From positions 416,001 to 480,000 of the forward strand of contig OZ219790.1 in NCBI GenBank assembly GCA_964291215.2: 64,000 nucleotides of DNA, given 5' to 3'. The notes under the pieces were generated by a model, which saw only the letters and a program-made list of their open reading frames with translations, was not told the origin of the DNA and searched no databases. The stretch is from Alphaproteobacteria bacterium (GTDB lineage: Bacteria; Pseudomonadota; Alphaproteobacteria; MPNO01; UBA830). The position numbers and the translations under genes are program-made. Shown here in pieces: positions 9,015 through 20,891 of the stretch (the stretch's first letter is position 1; every line of letters begins with the position of its first letter).

Positions 9015-9857
9015 TCAGATCCAGGCGGTGAAGGAGGCGGTGACGGGGGCGTCGGCGACAATCTCGACGCGGTTGCGGTCGAGCTTCCCGAAGGCGAGGC
9101 AGAGGGCGACATCGGCCGGATCGTCGAACGGACCGTGCTCGCGGCCGGTCTCCAGTTCGATCACGGTCCAGACCGGCTCGTGGACCGGGGTGCCCCTGAA
9201 ATGCGCCGAGCCTTGATACGACCTCTCGGCACAGGGCGCACAGCGCGCCGCCCCCTGTGACGGCGCCCCGCAGGCCGTGCACAGGCCGGCGGCCCGGCGT
9301 CGGGCGTACAACTGCCGCGAGCGTGCGTTCTTGCGCTCCGGGTTATGGCTGGCCTCCTCGATGGCGGCGCAGGGGCCGCAGCGCGAGAGGCCGGCCGGCT
9401 GCCCGCAGCGTGTGCAGCGGCCCCCGGCCCTGCGTTCGTCATATTGCCGCCGTTCCGCCGCCTGCCTCCTGTCCCGGCAGGGCTGGCAGGTGGTTCCGCA
9501 CTCGACGGGGGGACGCCTGCCGCAGCGGATGCAGAGGCCGGCCTCGGCCCTTGCCTTCTGGCGGCGCCTGCTCTTGAGGCGGGCGGCCTTGCGTTTCGCC
9601 TCCGCATTGGCGCCGCCATAGGGCAGCCCGGCGGCCTTGCAGGCGGCGTAGCGGGCGCGGTCGTCGGCGCGGCGTTTCTCCAGGCACGGCTCGCACGACG
9701 CGCGGCCCTCCACGGCCGGCGCATTGCCGCAGCGCGGACACCGGCCTTGGGCGATACGCGATGCGGTGCGCCGGGCGATACGCGATGCGGTGCGCCGGGC
9801 GATACGCTCGCGGTCGCGGGCCTTGCGGACTTCCGGTTCCCGGCAAGCCATTGCCAT
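9015..9857 (-). CDS. Arg-rich protein with four repeated CxxCG..CxxC zinc-ribbon-like units
   Basis: GRCPRCG..CEPC, GLCIRCG..CQPC, GRCTRCG..CGPC, GLCTACG..CAPC. GGGAGA RBS before ATG 9857. In-frame 24-bp tandem duplication at 9751-9807. Confidence 0.65.
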   Translation of the reverse strand: MAMACREPEVRKARDRERIARRTASRIARRTASRIAQGRCPRCGNAPAVEGRASCEPCLEKRRADDRARYAACKAAGLPYGGANAEAKRKAARLKSRRRQKARAEAGLCIRCGRRPPVECGTTCQPCRDRRQAAERRQYDERRAGGRCTRCGQPAGLSRCGPCAAIEEASHNPERKNARSRQLYARRRAAGLCTACGAPSQGAARCAPCAERSYQGSAHFRGTPVHEPVWTVIELETGREHGPFDDPADVALCLAFGKLDRNRVEIVADAPVTASFTAWI

Positions 9858-9937
9858 TCTCCCGGTGGATGATGCGGGTTCGGGCGGGAGACACCCGGCC
9901 GGCGGCGGGCCGGCCGGACGTCCGGCGAGGCGGGCGG

Positions 9938-10267
9938 TCAGCCGCGCTGGCGGCGGTCGATGCCGAAGCCCATGGCGTGGACGCCCCAGTACTGCACCCC
10001 GCCGCGGGAGCGCAGGCCGGTACACACGATGATCTCGTTGCGCGCCGGGCGCATCTCCTTCACTGCCTTCAGCGTGGCGGTGGCCGGCTTCGCGCCGCGC
10101 CGGGCACCCTTCGGGGCGGTGTCGTCATGGCAACGGCGAATGTCGCCGTCCACCATGGCGCGAAAGCGTTCGACGGCGTAGCGTTCGCCGTCTTTCAGGC
10201 CGCCGTTGAAGAAGTGGATGAGGAAGGTCGTGTCGGTGTTGCCGGGCCTCGGGATTGCGGATGTCAT
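9938..10267 (-). CDS. Hypothetical protein (109 aa)
   Basis: ATG with GGAGG RBS, protein-like composition, same orientation as neighbours. Confidence 0.55.
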   Translation of the reverse strand: MTSAIPRPGNTDTTFLIHFFNGGLKDGERYAVERFRAMVDGDIRRCHDDTAPKGARRGAKPATATLKAVKEMRPARNEIIVCTGLRSRGGVQYWGVHAMGFGIDRRQRG

Positions 10268-10651
10268 GGGGAGCGCCTCCGTCGTGTCGGGACTTCAGGA
10301 CGGCGGCGGAGACCCTCTCCCGGACCCCCCGCCCGCCGCCCCGCTCACGGCCACACCCGGCCTCCCGGCGGTGCGCCGCGTGCGGACGCCAGCGGCTTCA
10401 ACCGTACCGCACAACCCGGCCACCCGCCGCCCCGGCGACCGGGCCCCCGCCTCCCCCAACCGCGCCGAATTCTGGAATCGGGTCGACGATGAATGCACCG
10501 CCGGAGCCTCCCGCCGCGCTCCGATCGACAGCGGCGCTTCCCGCGCCGTCGCACAGGATCGCGTATCGGCGGGTTGCGGGAACGGACATCGGACAGACTT
10601 GCTTGACGGCAAGGGGGTTCCGAAATGATCTCCTACCCCTTACCCGGCTAG

Positions 10652-11551
10652 CTAAATCCCTGGGATGTAACCGAACGCTGACTTAACTATTGAACTGAAA
10701 ATGCCGACGACAATCGCCGCGAGTGCAACACGGTGCCGTGTGGCGCGATCTTTATTCTCCTCCAATATGTTTACCGGAAAAGCCCACTTCAAGTATCCAA
10801 ATAACGCCCGATAAATCACGAGAGATATTCCCATTCCATATATATAAAAGGCCACACGGAAGGACGAGTGATCGCCATCATTTGGAAGAAAGTAGTCAGC
10901 GTATACAGTAACCCAATACAGTGCGTACGGTAGTGCAAGAAACCAAAGTCCAACATCGTAGGCAAAACTCTCATGAATGAAGGAATACCACTTCTTTTTA
11001 GACTTGAATTTACTATTTGCGATGTCCCTAATTGCATGAAAGTAAGCAGAATTACATGCTTGAATTGATACGTTGCTGTTGTTGGGTGTTGGTTCAGACG
11101 TCAACGAATTGAAATCAAATAGCGGCGGTTTGTCGAACTGAAGCAAAACCGAGAAACGATTCGGAGGAATATTTCCATTCGTGTACTTTTTGTACGAGTT
11201 CTCATTCGTGAAATACACCGCTTTGATGGGAAACGGCAAATTCTGAGAATCGAAAATCTGCTCTGTCTCCCCGTACTTAGTTTGGCCTTCAAAACCAACT
11301 ACTGACACTGTCAACCGGAATGCACCATCCAACAGAACGTTTTTTCGTTCTGCGAATTCATCTTCGGTCTCGCCATCGAACTTGGGAACGGTAGCAACAT
11401 CCTGCTGTCCCTCCTTCCTCGTGAGAGTGTTTAATTCACGATATGCGGCTTTGATTTGTGGCAAGGATAACTGGCATCCGCGTATTGGTATATTGTCCTC
11501 CCACCACTGGATATCGTTTGCGGCATGGCTGATTAACGAAGTGCCGGACAT
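10652..11551 (-). CDS. AT-rich hypothetical membrane protein, soluble N-terminus with about three C-terminal TM helices (299 aa)
   Basis: Hydrophobic segments VGLWFLALPYALYWVTVYA, VAFYIYGMGISLVIYRALFGYL and VALAAIVVGIFSSIV. Visibly lower GC than flanks. GGAG RBS. Confidence 0.75.
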   Translation of the reverse strand: MSGTSLISHAANDIQWWEDNIPIRGCQLSLPQIKAAYRELNTLTRKEGQQDVATVPKFDGETEDEFAERKNVLLDGAFRLTVSVVGFEGQTKYGETEQIFDSQNLPFPIKAVYFTNENSYKKYTNGNIPPNRFSVLLQFDKPPLFDFNSLTSEPTPNNSNVSIQACNSAYFHAIRDIANSKFKSKKKWYSFIHESFAYDVGLWFLALPYALYWVTVYADYFLPNDGDHSSFRVAFYIYGMGISLVIYRALFGYLKWAFPVNILEENKDRATRHRVALAAIVVGIFSSIVKSAFGYIPGI

Positions 11552-11624
11552 TGTACTCAGTCTCCCATACTGCCTTCAGTCATCGGGACGGCTTCTGTAA
11601 TTCGCACGCGACGCAAGTAGTCCT

Positions 11625-12032
11625 TCAACATGGAGATTCGATAGGACCGGAGTTTATCCGAGTGGTCAGCGGGCAAATGTCCCAATCAAGGACGCGACCA
11701 AGCGAGAAGGCGCGGAATCGGCCTTTTCCTTCCTTGCCGTGCAGAATTCGCTTCTGTCCGTTCGAATGAAATCGCGATTGTTTCCACGATCCTCCCAGAC
11801 GGGAGAACAACCCCTCGGCTTCGGCAAAGGGAATGCCATGTCCGTTGTCGGCGACTCTGATGGCCTTGAGCCCGTCGAGGTCCTCTTCAACCAGCGTCAC
11901 GTCGATATGCGTGGCATCCGCATCGACTGCGTTCCAGATCAGCTCGGCCAGGGCAAGGAGGGGTTTTCGGGTCTGCGCGACCCGTTCCAGATGGTCGTCC
12001 TGAACCTGTATCTCAAAGGTCCTGGCGGTCAT
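11625..12032 (-). pseudogene. Truncated GHKL (HATPase_c/MutL-Hsp90-like) ATPase
   Basis: [22 protein letters not shown] and GKEGKGRF motifs. Similarity ends after about 120 aa. ATGA overlap with the hsdR stop. Confidence 0.8.
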
Positions 12033-15000
12033 GCTGCCCACTTCGCCGATAACGCTTCGGCCTGTTGCAGAACCGTCTGCACGGCGGCGTCCTGGAGGTC
12101 GGGCGGATACCCGTGCTTGCGGAGGATGCGCTTGACCAGAACCCGCATCCGGGCGCGGGCCGGCCCGCGGTGCTGCCAGTCCACGGAGGCTTTGCTTTTC
12201 AGCCCGTTCAGCAATTCCCGGGCGATGACGCGAAGGTGATCGTTGCCCATCACCTCGACCGCGCTCTCGTTCTGGGCCAGGGCATCGTAGAAGGCGATTT
12301 CCTCGGGGCTGAGACCCTCCTCCTCGCCGCGCCGGTGTGCGGCGCGGATGTCCTTCGCAAGCCCGATCAGTTCCTGAAGGACCTCGGCCGTCGTGAGGGC
12401 GTTGCCGTGGTAGCGGGCGATCGCTTCTTCCAGCCTCCGGGAGAAGGCCCGGGTCTGCACGACGTTGACCCGGCTTCGCGAGCGAAGCTCCCCGTTGATG
12501 AGCTTGCGCAGCGCCTCCAATGCGAGGTTCTTCTTCTCCATCTCCCGTATCTCGGCCAGGAACTCGTCGGAAAGGATGGAAATGTCCGGCGTATCCAGCC
12601 CGGCGGCTGCGAGAATGTCGACGATCTCGGTCGAAACGACCGCGCGGCTGACGATCTGCTGAACCGCCAGGTCCCGCTCCGCGGAGGACTTGCCGGCGCC
12701 GGGCGCGCTTTTGGCGAGCGCTGCACGGACGGTCTGGAAGAAGCCCACCTCGTCGCGGATTTCCCGGGCTTCGTCGCTGGCGGCCGCGAGCGCGAACGCC
12801 CTGGTGAGCGCCAGCACGGCGTCGTTGAAGCGGCGCCGGGCGTGCTTCTTGCCTTCTCCGGTCGATTCCCGGGCCGCCTCGCGGTGCTGCATGTCGAGGA
12901 CCCACTCGATGGCGCCGGCCAGCGCCGCGAGCCGCTCCTGCGGCGACCCGACAAGGCCGTTGCGGAAGTCGAAACCATGGAACATGGCGCTCACGATCTC
13001 GTACTTCTCCAGCATGACCGCGACGGCTTCGGCCTCGTCGATGCCGGCGTGCCTTCGGTCGTCGCGCGAGTACTGGCCGAGGGCGGACTTCAGGTTCTGC
13101 GCGATGCCGATGTAGTCCACGATCAGACCGGCGGGCTTGTCGCGGAACACGCGGTTGACGCGGGCGATGGCCTGCATGAGCCCGTGCCCCCGCATGGGCT
13201 TGTCGATGTACATCGTGTGCAGGCGCGTCGAAGCCGGTCAGCCACATGTCCCGCACGATCACCAGCCTGAGCGGGTCGTCCGCGTCCTTGATCCGCTTGG
13301 CGAGCAGCTCCCGGCGGGCCTTGCCTCCGATGTGGCGTTGCCAATGCGTCGGGTCCGACGCCGCGCCGGTCATGACGATCTTGATGACGCCGCTTTCGTC
13401 GTCGTCGCTGTGCCAGTCCCGGCGCAGCCTGACGATCTCGCCGTAGAGCGCAACGCAGATGCGGCGGCTCATGCAGACGATCATGGCCTTGCCGTCCATG
13501 CCGGCAATACGACTCTCGAAATGGTCGACCAGATCCCGGGCAACCAGGCGCAGGCGCTTCTCCGTCCCGACGACGGCCTCGACGTTCGCCAATCGTCTCT
13601 TGAGCCGTTCCTGCTCGCCTTCGGCCTCGTCCTCGATCAGTTCGGCGACCTCGTCGTCGAGCGCCGGCTTCTCACCTTCGTCGAGTTCGATGCGGACGAG
13701 GCGGCTCTCGTAGTAGATCGGTACGGTCGCGCCGTCTTCGACGCCGCGGTTGATGTCGTAGATGTCGATGTAATTGCCGAACACGGAAGGCGTGTTCACA
13801 TCCTCCCTTTCGATCGGCGTGCCGGTGAAGCCGATGAAGGAAGCGTTCGGCAGGGCGTCGCGCAGATATTTGGCGAAGCCGTAGGAAATCTCTCCGGTCT
13901 TGCGGGCCATCCTGGCGCGGAAACCGTACTGGCTGCGGTGCGCCTCGTCCGCGATCACGACGATGTTGCGGCGGTCGGAGAGGGCCGGGTATTCGATCTC
14001 GCCGGCCTCGGGTGCGAACTTCTGGAGGGTGGTGAACACCACGCCGCCGGACGGACGCGTCAGAGCCTGTCGCAGGTCCTCCCGGCTGTCGGCCTGCCGC
14101 GGGGTCTGGCGGAGCAGGTCGCGGCACATGGAGAACGTGCCGAACAACTGGTCGTCGAGGTCGTTGCGGTCGGTGAGGACCACGAGGGTCGGGTTCTCCA
14201 TCGCCGGGTGGGCGATGACCTGTCCGGCGTAGAACGCCATCAGCAGGCTCTTGCCGGAGCCTTGCGTGTGCCAGATCACGCCGATACGGCGATCGCCTGC
14301 CGGGCTCGTCGCGGTGATCGTGCGCTCGATCGCATGGCGTACGGCGTGAAACTGGTGATAGCCGGCCACGATCTTGACCAGTCCCGCGCCCGTGTCCCCG
14401 AACACGGTGAAGTCCCGGATCAGGGCCAGGAACCGGTTCTTCTCGAACACGCCTTCGACGACGGTTTCGATCTCGGGGGCGCCCTTCGATGCGACGGCGG
14501 CGCCGTCCACGGTGCGCCAGGGCATGAACCGCTCAAGATTGGCGGTCAGCGATCCGAACCGCGCCTGAAGGCCGTCCGAAGTCATGAGAGCGGCATTGGT
14601 GCGGAACAGGGAAGGTATCTCCTCCTTGTAGGTCCGGAGCTGGTTGAACGCCCCTTCGAGGGTGGCGTTTTCGTCGCCGGGGTTCTTCATCTCGATCACG
14701 GCCAGCGGCAGGCCATTGAGGAACAGCACGATGTCGGGGCGGCGATTGTGTTCGTGCTCGATCACCGTGAACTGGTTCACCGCCAGCCAGTCGTTGGCCT
14801 CGATGTCGTCGAAATCGATCAGACGGGCAGCGTCGCCGCCGATGCTGCCGTCCTCCCGCGCCACCTCGACCGGCACGCCCGCGATCAGGTAGCGGTGCAG
14901 GCGGCGGTTCTCCTCGACGAGGGAGGGAGTCTCCGTCTGCCGCACCTTGCGGAGCACCTCCTCCAGCGCCGCGGCGGGCAGGTCCGGGTTGAGGCGGGCG

Positions 15001-15164
15001 AGCGCCTCGCGGAACCGGCCGGCCAGCAGCACCTCGTCGTAGCTGCCCCGCTCCGGCGCCGGGCCTTCCGGGCCCATGTCCGGCCCATGAACCACGGCAT
15101 AGCCCAGTCCGGCGAGCCATGCGAGAGCCGCGTCTTCGACATCCGATTCGGAAAGACGGCTCAT
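12029..15164 (-). pseudogene. hsdR: Type I restriction enzyme R subunit, frameshifted near 13222
   Basis: [46 protein letters not shown], then MYIDKPM continues in another frame. Confidence 0.92.
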
Positions 15165-16150
15165 TCGCCGGATTCGCCCAGAAGATTGACGATAAGGCGA
15201 ATTATGAGATCCTTGTTCGACGGTGCGCTTTCGGCGATCAACAGGGTGAGCGCCGTCAACCCCCGGGGGTCGAGCCGGTGCGCGATTCCCTCCTGTGTCA
15301 GATAGAGCAGGAACAGCAGGGCGCCGATGCGCTTGTTGCCGTCGGTGAACGGGTGATCCTTGACCAGAAAATAGAGCAGGTTGGCCGCCTTGTCCGCGGC
15401 GCTGCGGTAAAGGGGTTCGCCGAACATGGTCTGCTCCACATTGCCGAGAATGGCTTTCAGGGCTTCGCCGCGCCGGGTGCCGAACAGCGATGTGGCTTCG
15501 CCCTTTGCCGCAAGATCGCTCCTGAAAGCGTCGATCGCGGCGACGGCGGTGTCGAGGCCGAGCGCGCTGGTGGCCGGCTTCGCGCCGGCCGGCGCCTTGA
15601 GGCGGTCCTCGTCGTATTCGAGCAGCACGCGCCACGTGTCGGCGTATCTTGTGATCAGGTCCAGTACGGACTGGCCCGTTTCGTCGACGAGCGCTTGGTT
15701 CCTGAGCGTCCGGGCGAGCAAACCCAGGGTTTGGCGCGCCTCGTCGAGGCCCCGCTCGGCAAGCCGCCGCTCATTCATCGTGTAACCGCTGACGAGATGC
15801 TCGCGCAAGGTGCGGGTGGCCCAGATACGGAACTGTGTGCCGCGCAGGGACTTCACCCTGTAGCCGACCGAGATGATCATGTCGAGGTTGTAGTGATCCA
15901 CCTCCCTGGATACCCTTCGCCCGCCCTCGGATCGAACCTGTGCAAAATTTGCACAGGTTGACCCTGGGTCCAGCTCTTGTTCACGGTAGGCGTTGTGGAT
16001 GTGCCGGGCGATTACGGAACGATCCCGCCCGAACAGTTCCGCCATCTGCGGCCGGGTCAGCCAGACTGTCTCCCTGTCGAAACGCACGTCCACGCGCGCC
16101 TCGCCGTCCCCGGACTCGTAGACGATGACTTCGCCGCCGGGGGAGTTCAT
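15161..16150 (-). CDS. RhuM-like virulence domain + Fic/Doc domain protein
   Basis: [14 protein letters not shown] and [21 protein letters not shown] (RhuM), plus [11 protein letters not shown] (Fic/Doc motif). Stop/start overlaps with hsdS and hsdR. Confidence 0.9.
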   Translation of the reverse strand: MNSPGGEVIVYESGDGEARVDVRFDRETVWLTRPQMAELFGRDRSVIARHIHNAYREQELDPGSTCANFAQVRSEGGRRVSREVDHYNLDMIISVGYRVKSLRGTQFRIWATRTLREHLVSGYTMNERRLAERGLDEARQTLGLLARTLRNQALVDETGQSVLDLITRYADTWRVLLEYDEDRLKAPAGAKPATSALGLDTAVAAIDAFRSDLAAKGEATSLFGTRRGEALKAILGNVEQTMFGEPLYRSAADKAANLLYFLVKDHPFTDGNKRIGALLFLLYLTQEGIAHRLDPRGLTALTLLIAESAPSNKDLIIRLIVNLLGESGE

Positions 16151-17759
16151 GCAACGTCCTCGACTGCCTCTTCGGCATCACGAAGGCGGATTTCGCCGGA
16201 CATGAGCTTGGGGAGCAGGAGGTCGCGGGTTTCTGCAAGCTTTCGGCTCTCCAGTTTATTCTTGATGGTGTGTTCTATCAGCGGGCCAATCGACGGGCCA
16301 AGCAAGGAAAGGACGCCATCAGAGGGGCAAGTCGTTGTTGCCTCCTTCAGGTGCCGTCGTTGAATGTGACCCATGGTTGTTGTCTTCGAGGCTGCTATAG
16401 CCTGAAACTCTTCCAAGTGATGGAGAACCCACTGGCTGACGAACCATGATGGAAATCTCTCCGAAGTCACTTTGAAGAGGTGTTGGTTCAGCGCTCCTTC
16501 GCCTTCGGTCCAGAACTTTGCAAGAAGGCTGCCCGACCAAGAGAACAAGAAGTCACCATCCCTCACGACATACTTGTCTGGGACATCGTATGAGGCCCGG
16601 CTAGATCTGGGCGTTATGCCCGCGCGCAACTCGGCGATTTTGATGACCGGTAAACTGTCGTCAGGGCCCAAGGCAGGAAATTTCTGAAGAGCCAGACCGT
16701 TCAGGAAGTTTGCGATCTTGTCGAGAGGCAGTCTCACCCACCCGGCCGGCTTGCCCTCGCCGTCCAGCGCATCGGGAAACAGTTCCCACAGTTCGGGGGC
16801 GAGGTACGGAGCACGCCCTTCCATTTTCGCCCGGACCGGCCCGAAATCGACGAACCAGTCCTTGAAGATCGCCCGCGCCATCGCCTCCAGCGTCTCGTTC
16901 ATGCGCCGGTTCAGTTCGATCTTGTCGTCCAGCGCGCCGAGAATGCCCGCAATGGCGCGCTGTTCGAGTAGGGGGGTACTGGAACCGGCAGATAACTCAG
17001 GGAATCGACAGGCACTCGCTGACGCCCGGAAGTGCCGGTCATTTGATCCACGGCGTAGCTTCTCACCCCCTCCCATTGAGTTAGGTAGTAGGCGTACTCG
17101 GAATCCGTGACGCCCGCGCGTCCGCGGATAACGATGAACTCGGTCGAGCCATGCGCGCACTCTGCCGCCCGGTCTGTGCAATAACGGGCAATCTTGCCAT
17201 TCTCCAAGCACGGCGTAATGCGCGCCATGAGCGTGTCGCCATCTTGGAAGCGCGACCCGCCGCCGGAATAGGCGCGCCGGTCAATCGCATGTACGCACCG
17301 GGAACCGGCAGTGACCGCAGCCATATCAACGAACGGATACGCCATTCCGCGTTCAAGACGCACTGCCGGGTTGACAACGACTGCTTCGGTAAACGGCATA
17401 CGCCGCCACTTTTCATCTACAGAGAGCCTCCTTCGCCTGGTGTCATCAATGTCTGCCAGCACCGCATGGTTCCGCTCAATCTCCCGATGAAATCGCTCCG
17501 GCAGGCGCGCCCAGTCGCGGGCCTCGACCAAGAAGGGAATGGTCGATTCCCGCACCGCCTCCTCGAAGTCCGCCAACTTGTCGGCCGGGATCTCCCCCTG
17601 TCCCGGCCCGCGCAGCACCAGATCGAGATCACTGCCGTCATGGCTGCGCCCGTTGACGCGGCTGCCATAGGCCCATACCTCGACATCGGGCAAATGCTCC
17701 CGCAGCAGGGCTGTCAGCACCTGGCGGTGCTTCGGCTCAAGATGCAACCGGTCAGTCAT
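16147..17759 (-). pseudogene. hsdS: Minimal nucleotidyltransferase (MNT) fused to type I specificity subunit HsdS; frameshift at G6 tract 16971-16976
   Basis: N-terminal AYGSRVNG..SDLDL (MNT), then TRD1 (ARITPCLENGK, GTSGRQR), PP/LLEQRAIAGILGALDDKIELN, TRD2 and RDLLLPKLMSGEIR. Confidence 0.88.
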
Positions 17760-18177
17760 CCGGCGCCGCCTCGATCATGTCCGCCAGCGCCCGGGCATCG
17801 GCGATAAAGTCGGGCAACAACTTGAGCGGGGTCTCGGCGAAGCCTGCGCCGTAGTCGTGCGCGGTATCGTTGCGGTTGTCGCGATAGCTGAACCAGCGTT
17901 CCGCCGCGACGGCTTCGATCAGTCCGTGCCGGGCGGCGTGGCGGAACAGGTCCTTGAAGGCAAGCCGGTCCGCCTGTCTGTTGCTGGCGAAGAAGGCGGC
18001 AAGCCGCTTGCGCAACAGTTTGCCGCTCTGCTCCAACACCAGCTCGAACTCCTTCACGCAGGCGGCGCGATAGATGTCATACATGAAATCGTCCGTCGCG
18101 CGCTGGTTGTCGATCTCGCCGAAAGCTGTCTCCAGCGTTCCGATGCAGCGCCGCAAGAAGGTGGTATCGATGCTCAT
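17752..18177 (-). CDS. HEPN toxin (HI0074 / nucleotidyltransferase substrate-binding family)
   Basis: ACVKEFELVLEQSGKLL..KDLFRHAA..RNDTAHDY (Rx4H). Directly upstream of MNT-HsdS. Confidence 0.85.
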   Translation of the reverse strand: MSIDTTFLRRCIGTLETAFGEIDNQRATDDFMYDIYRAACVKEFELVLEQSGKLLRKRLAAFFASNRQADRLAFKDLFRHAARHGLIEAVAAERWFSYRDNRNDTAHDYGAGFAETPLKLLPDFIADARALADMIEAAPDD

Positions 18178-18299
18178 GCCCCGCTGCTCCGTCCCCGGTG
18201 CGCAGACCCGTTGCGGCTCATCCATGAGCGGCAGACCGATTGGTCGATCAATTTCGGCAAGATTATGAGCCTCAGCAACCGTTGCTATGACACAGGCGT

Positions 18300-18570
18300 G
18301 CGCCATGTTGCCCACCGGAATTTCCTCCAATTCTGGTCCGCGCAGCACCAGATCGAGATCGCTGCCGTCATGGCTGCGCCCATTGACGCGGCTGCCATAG
18401 GCCCACACTTCGACATCGGGCAAATGCTCCCGCAACAGTACCTCAAGCGCCTCGCGGTGCTTCGGCTGGAGATGCATCCGGTCAGTCATCCGGCGCCGCC
18501 TCGATCATGTCCGCCAGCCCCGGTGTCGGCGATAAAGTCGGGCAGCAGCCTCAGCGTGGCCCCGGCGAAG
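18300..18570 (-). pseudogene. Remnant of a second HEPN-MNT pair (HEPN 3-prime end plus truncated MNT)
   Basis: 18340-18545 is a near-identical repeat of 17610-17815. The MNT copy (ATG 18489) diverges after about 60 aa. Confidence 0.75.
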
Positions 18571-18724
18571 TCTTTCCCGTTGTCATGGACGATATCGTTA
18601 TCGACAATCCCTCGCAGGTCATGGCAGGGGCAAGGCTGTCGGGGAACAGCCTTCACTGGAAGGCGCCGCGCGCCTTGGCTTACCGACATATTTCCCGGCG
18701 CATGCAAATGGGAAGAGATCATCG

Positions 18725-20263
<1,539 letters not shown>

Positions 20264-20494
20264 ATAGTCTGAATCCTTGGCCGCCAACGCGGATACAGTT
20301 TGCCGACTCGGCTCTACGAATACCACTGCATACTTGGCCGACACGGTTCGGGTGGGGAAGGATCCCGTAGATCGCGGTGCCACCATTCCAGCGTCGCCGA
20401 CGCTGCCCAACAGATCAATATGATAGCGCGTCACGGGGTACAGGATGCGCCGCCCGAGCGACAGGCACTGAGCTCGACTTTGTACAAAATTACC

Positions 20495-20782
20495 TCACGT
20501 CCATGTCCAGAAGATCTCGTTTTTGGCGATTTCGTCGAGGGCCTGTTCGAGCGGGAGCACGATACCCCCCATGTCTCCGACGTCCTGCCAGGACTGGCGC
20601 CAGGACCAGTAGCGCATCCTCATCTTGTTACCTGAGCCTTTCGGCTGGAGCCTTGCGATCGGTGCCTGCGTGGCTGTGAGATACAGATTGTAGCCGCCGC
20701 GCACCCTGGTGACCGTCACGCCCCCGCCATTCGATTTGTTGAACGCTTCGATGCGCGCCAGACAGGGGTCGGATACGGCCAT
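20495..20782 (-). CDS. Small hypothetical passenger protein (95 aa), possibly DUF3024-like
   Basis: MAVSDPC..PIARLQ..RYWSWRQSW..LEQALDEIAKNEIFW. Lies inside the IS inverted repeats. Confidence 0.55.
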   Translation of the reverse strand: MAVSDPCLARIEAFNKSNGGGVTVTRVRGGYNLYLTATQAPIARLQPKGSGNKMRMRYWSWRQSWQDVGDMGGIVLPLEQALDEIAKNEIFWTWT

Positions 20783-20891
20783 GAAGCAGTGATATCGGAT
20801 TGGATGGCTTCTGTCGCTGCAGCGATGCTGATTCACCCGGTCGCATGCGGGCGCCCTTGCATGCCGGATGCTTCTGGATTCGAAGGTCGTC

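Noticed and set aside
9751-9807. 24-bp direct repeats as a possible CRISPR array
   Set aside because: The repeats are contiguous with no spacers, lie in frame within a CDS, and there are no cas genes.
11625-15635. 1336-aa ORF suggesting an HsdR-GHKL fusion
   Set aside because: The hsdR frameshift near 13222 shifts it into a junk frame that happens to run into the separate GHKL remnant. The real hsdR starts at 15164 and ends at 12029.
17752-18489. 245-aa MNT-HEPN fusion protein
   Set aside because: The MNT part is a truncated duplicate followed by unrelated sequence. HEPN has its own ATG at 18177, so this is probably an incidental read-through.
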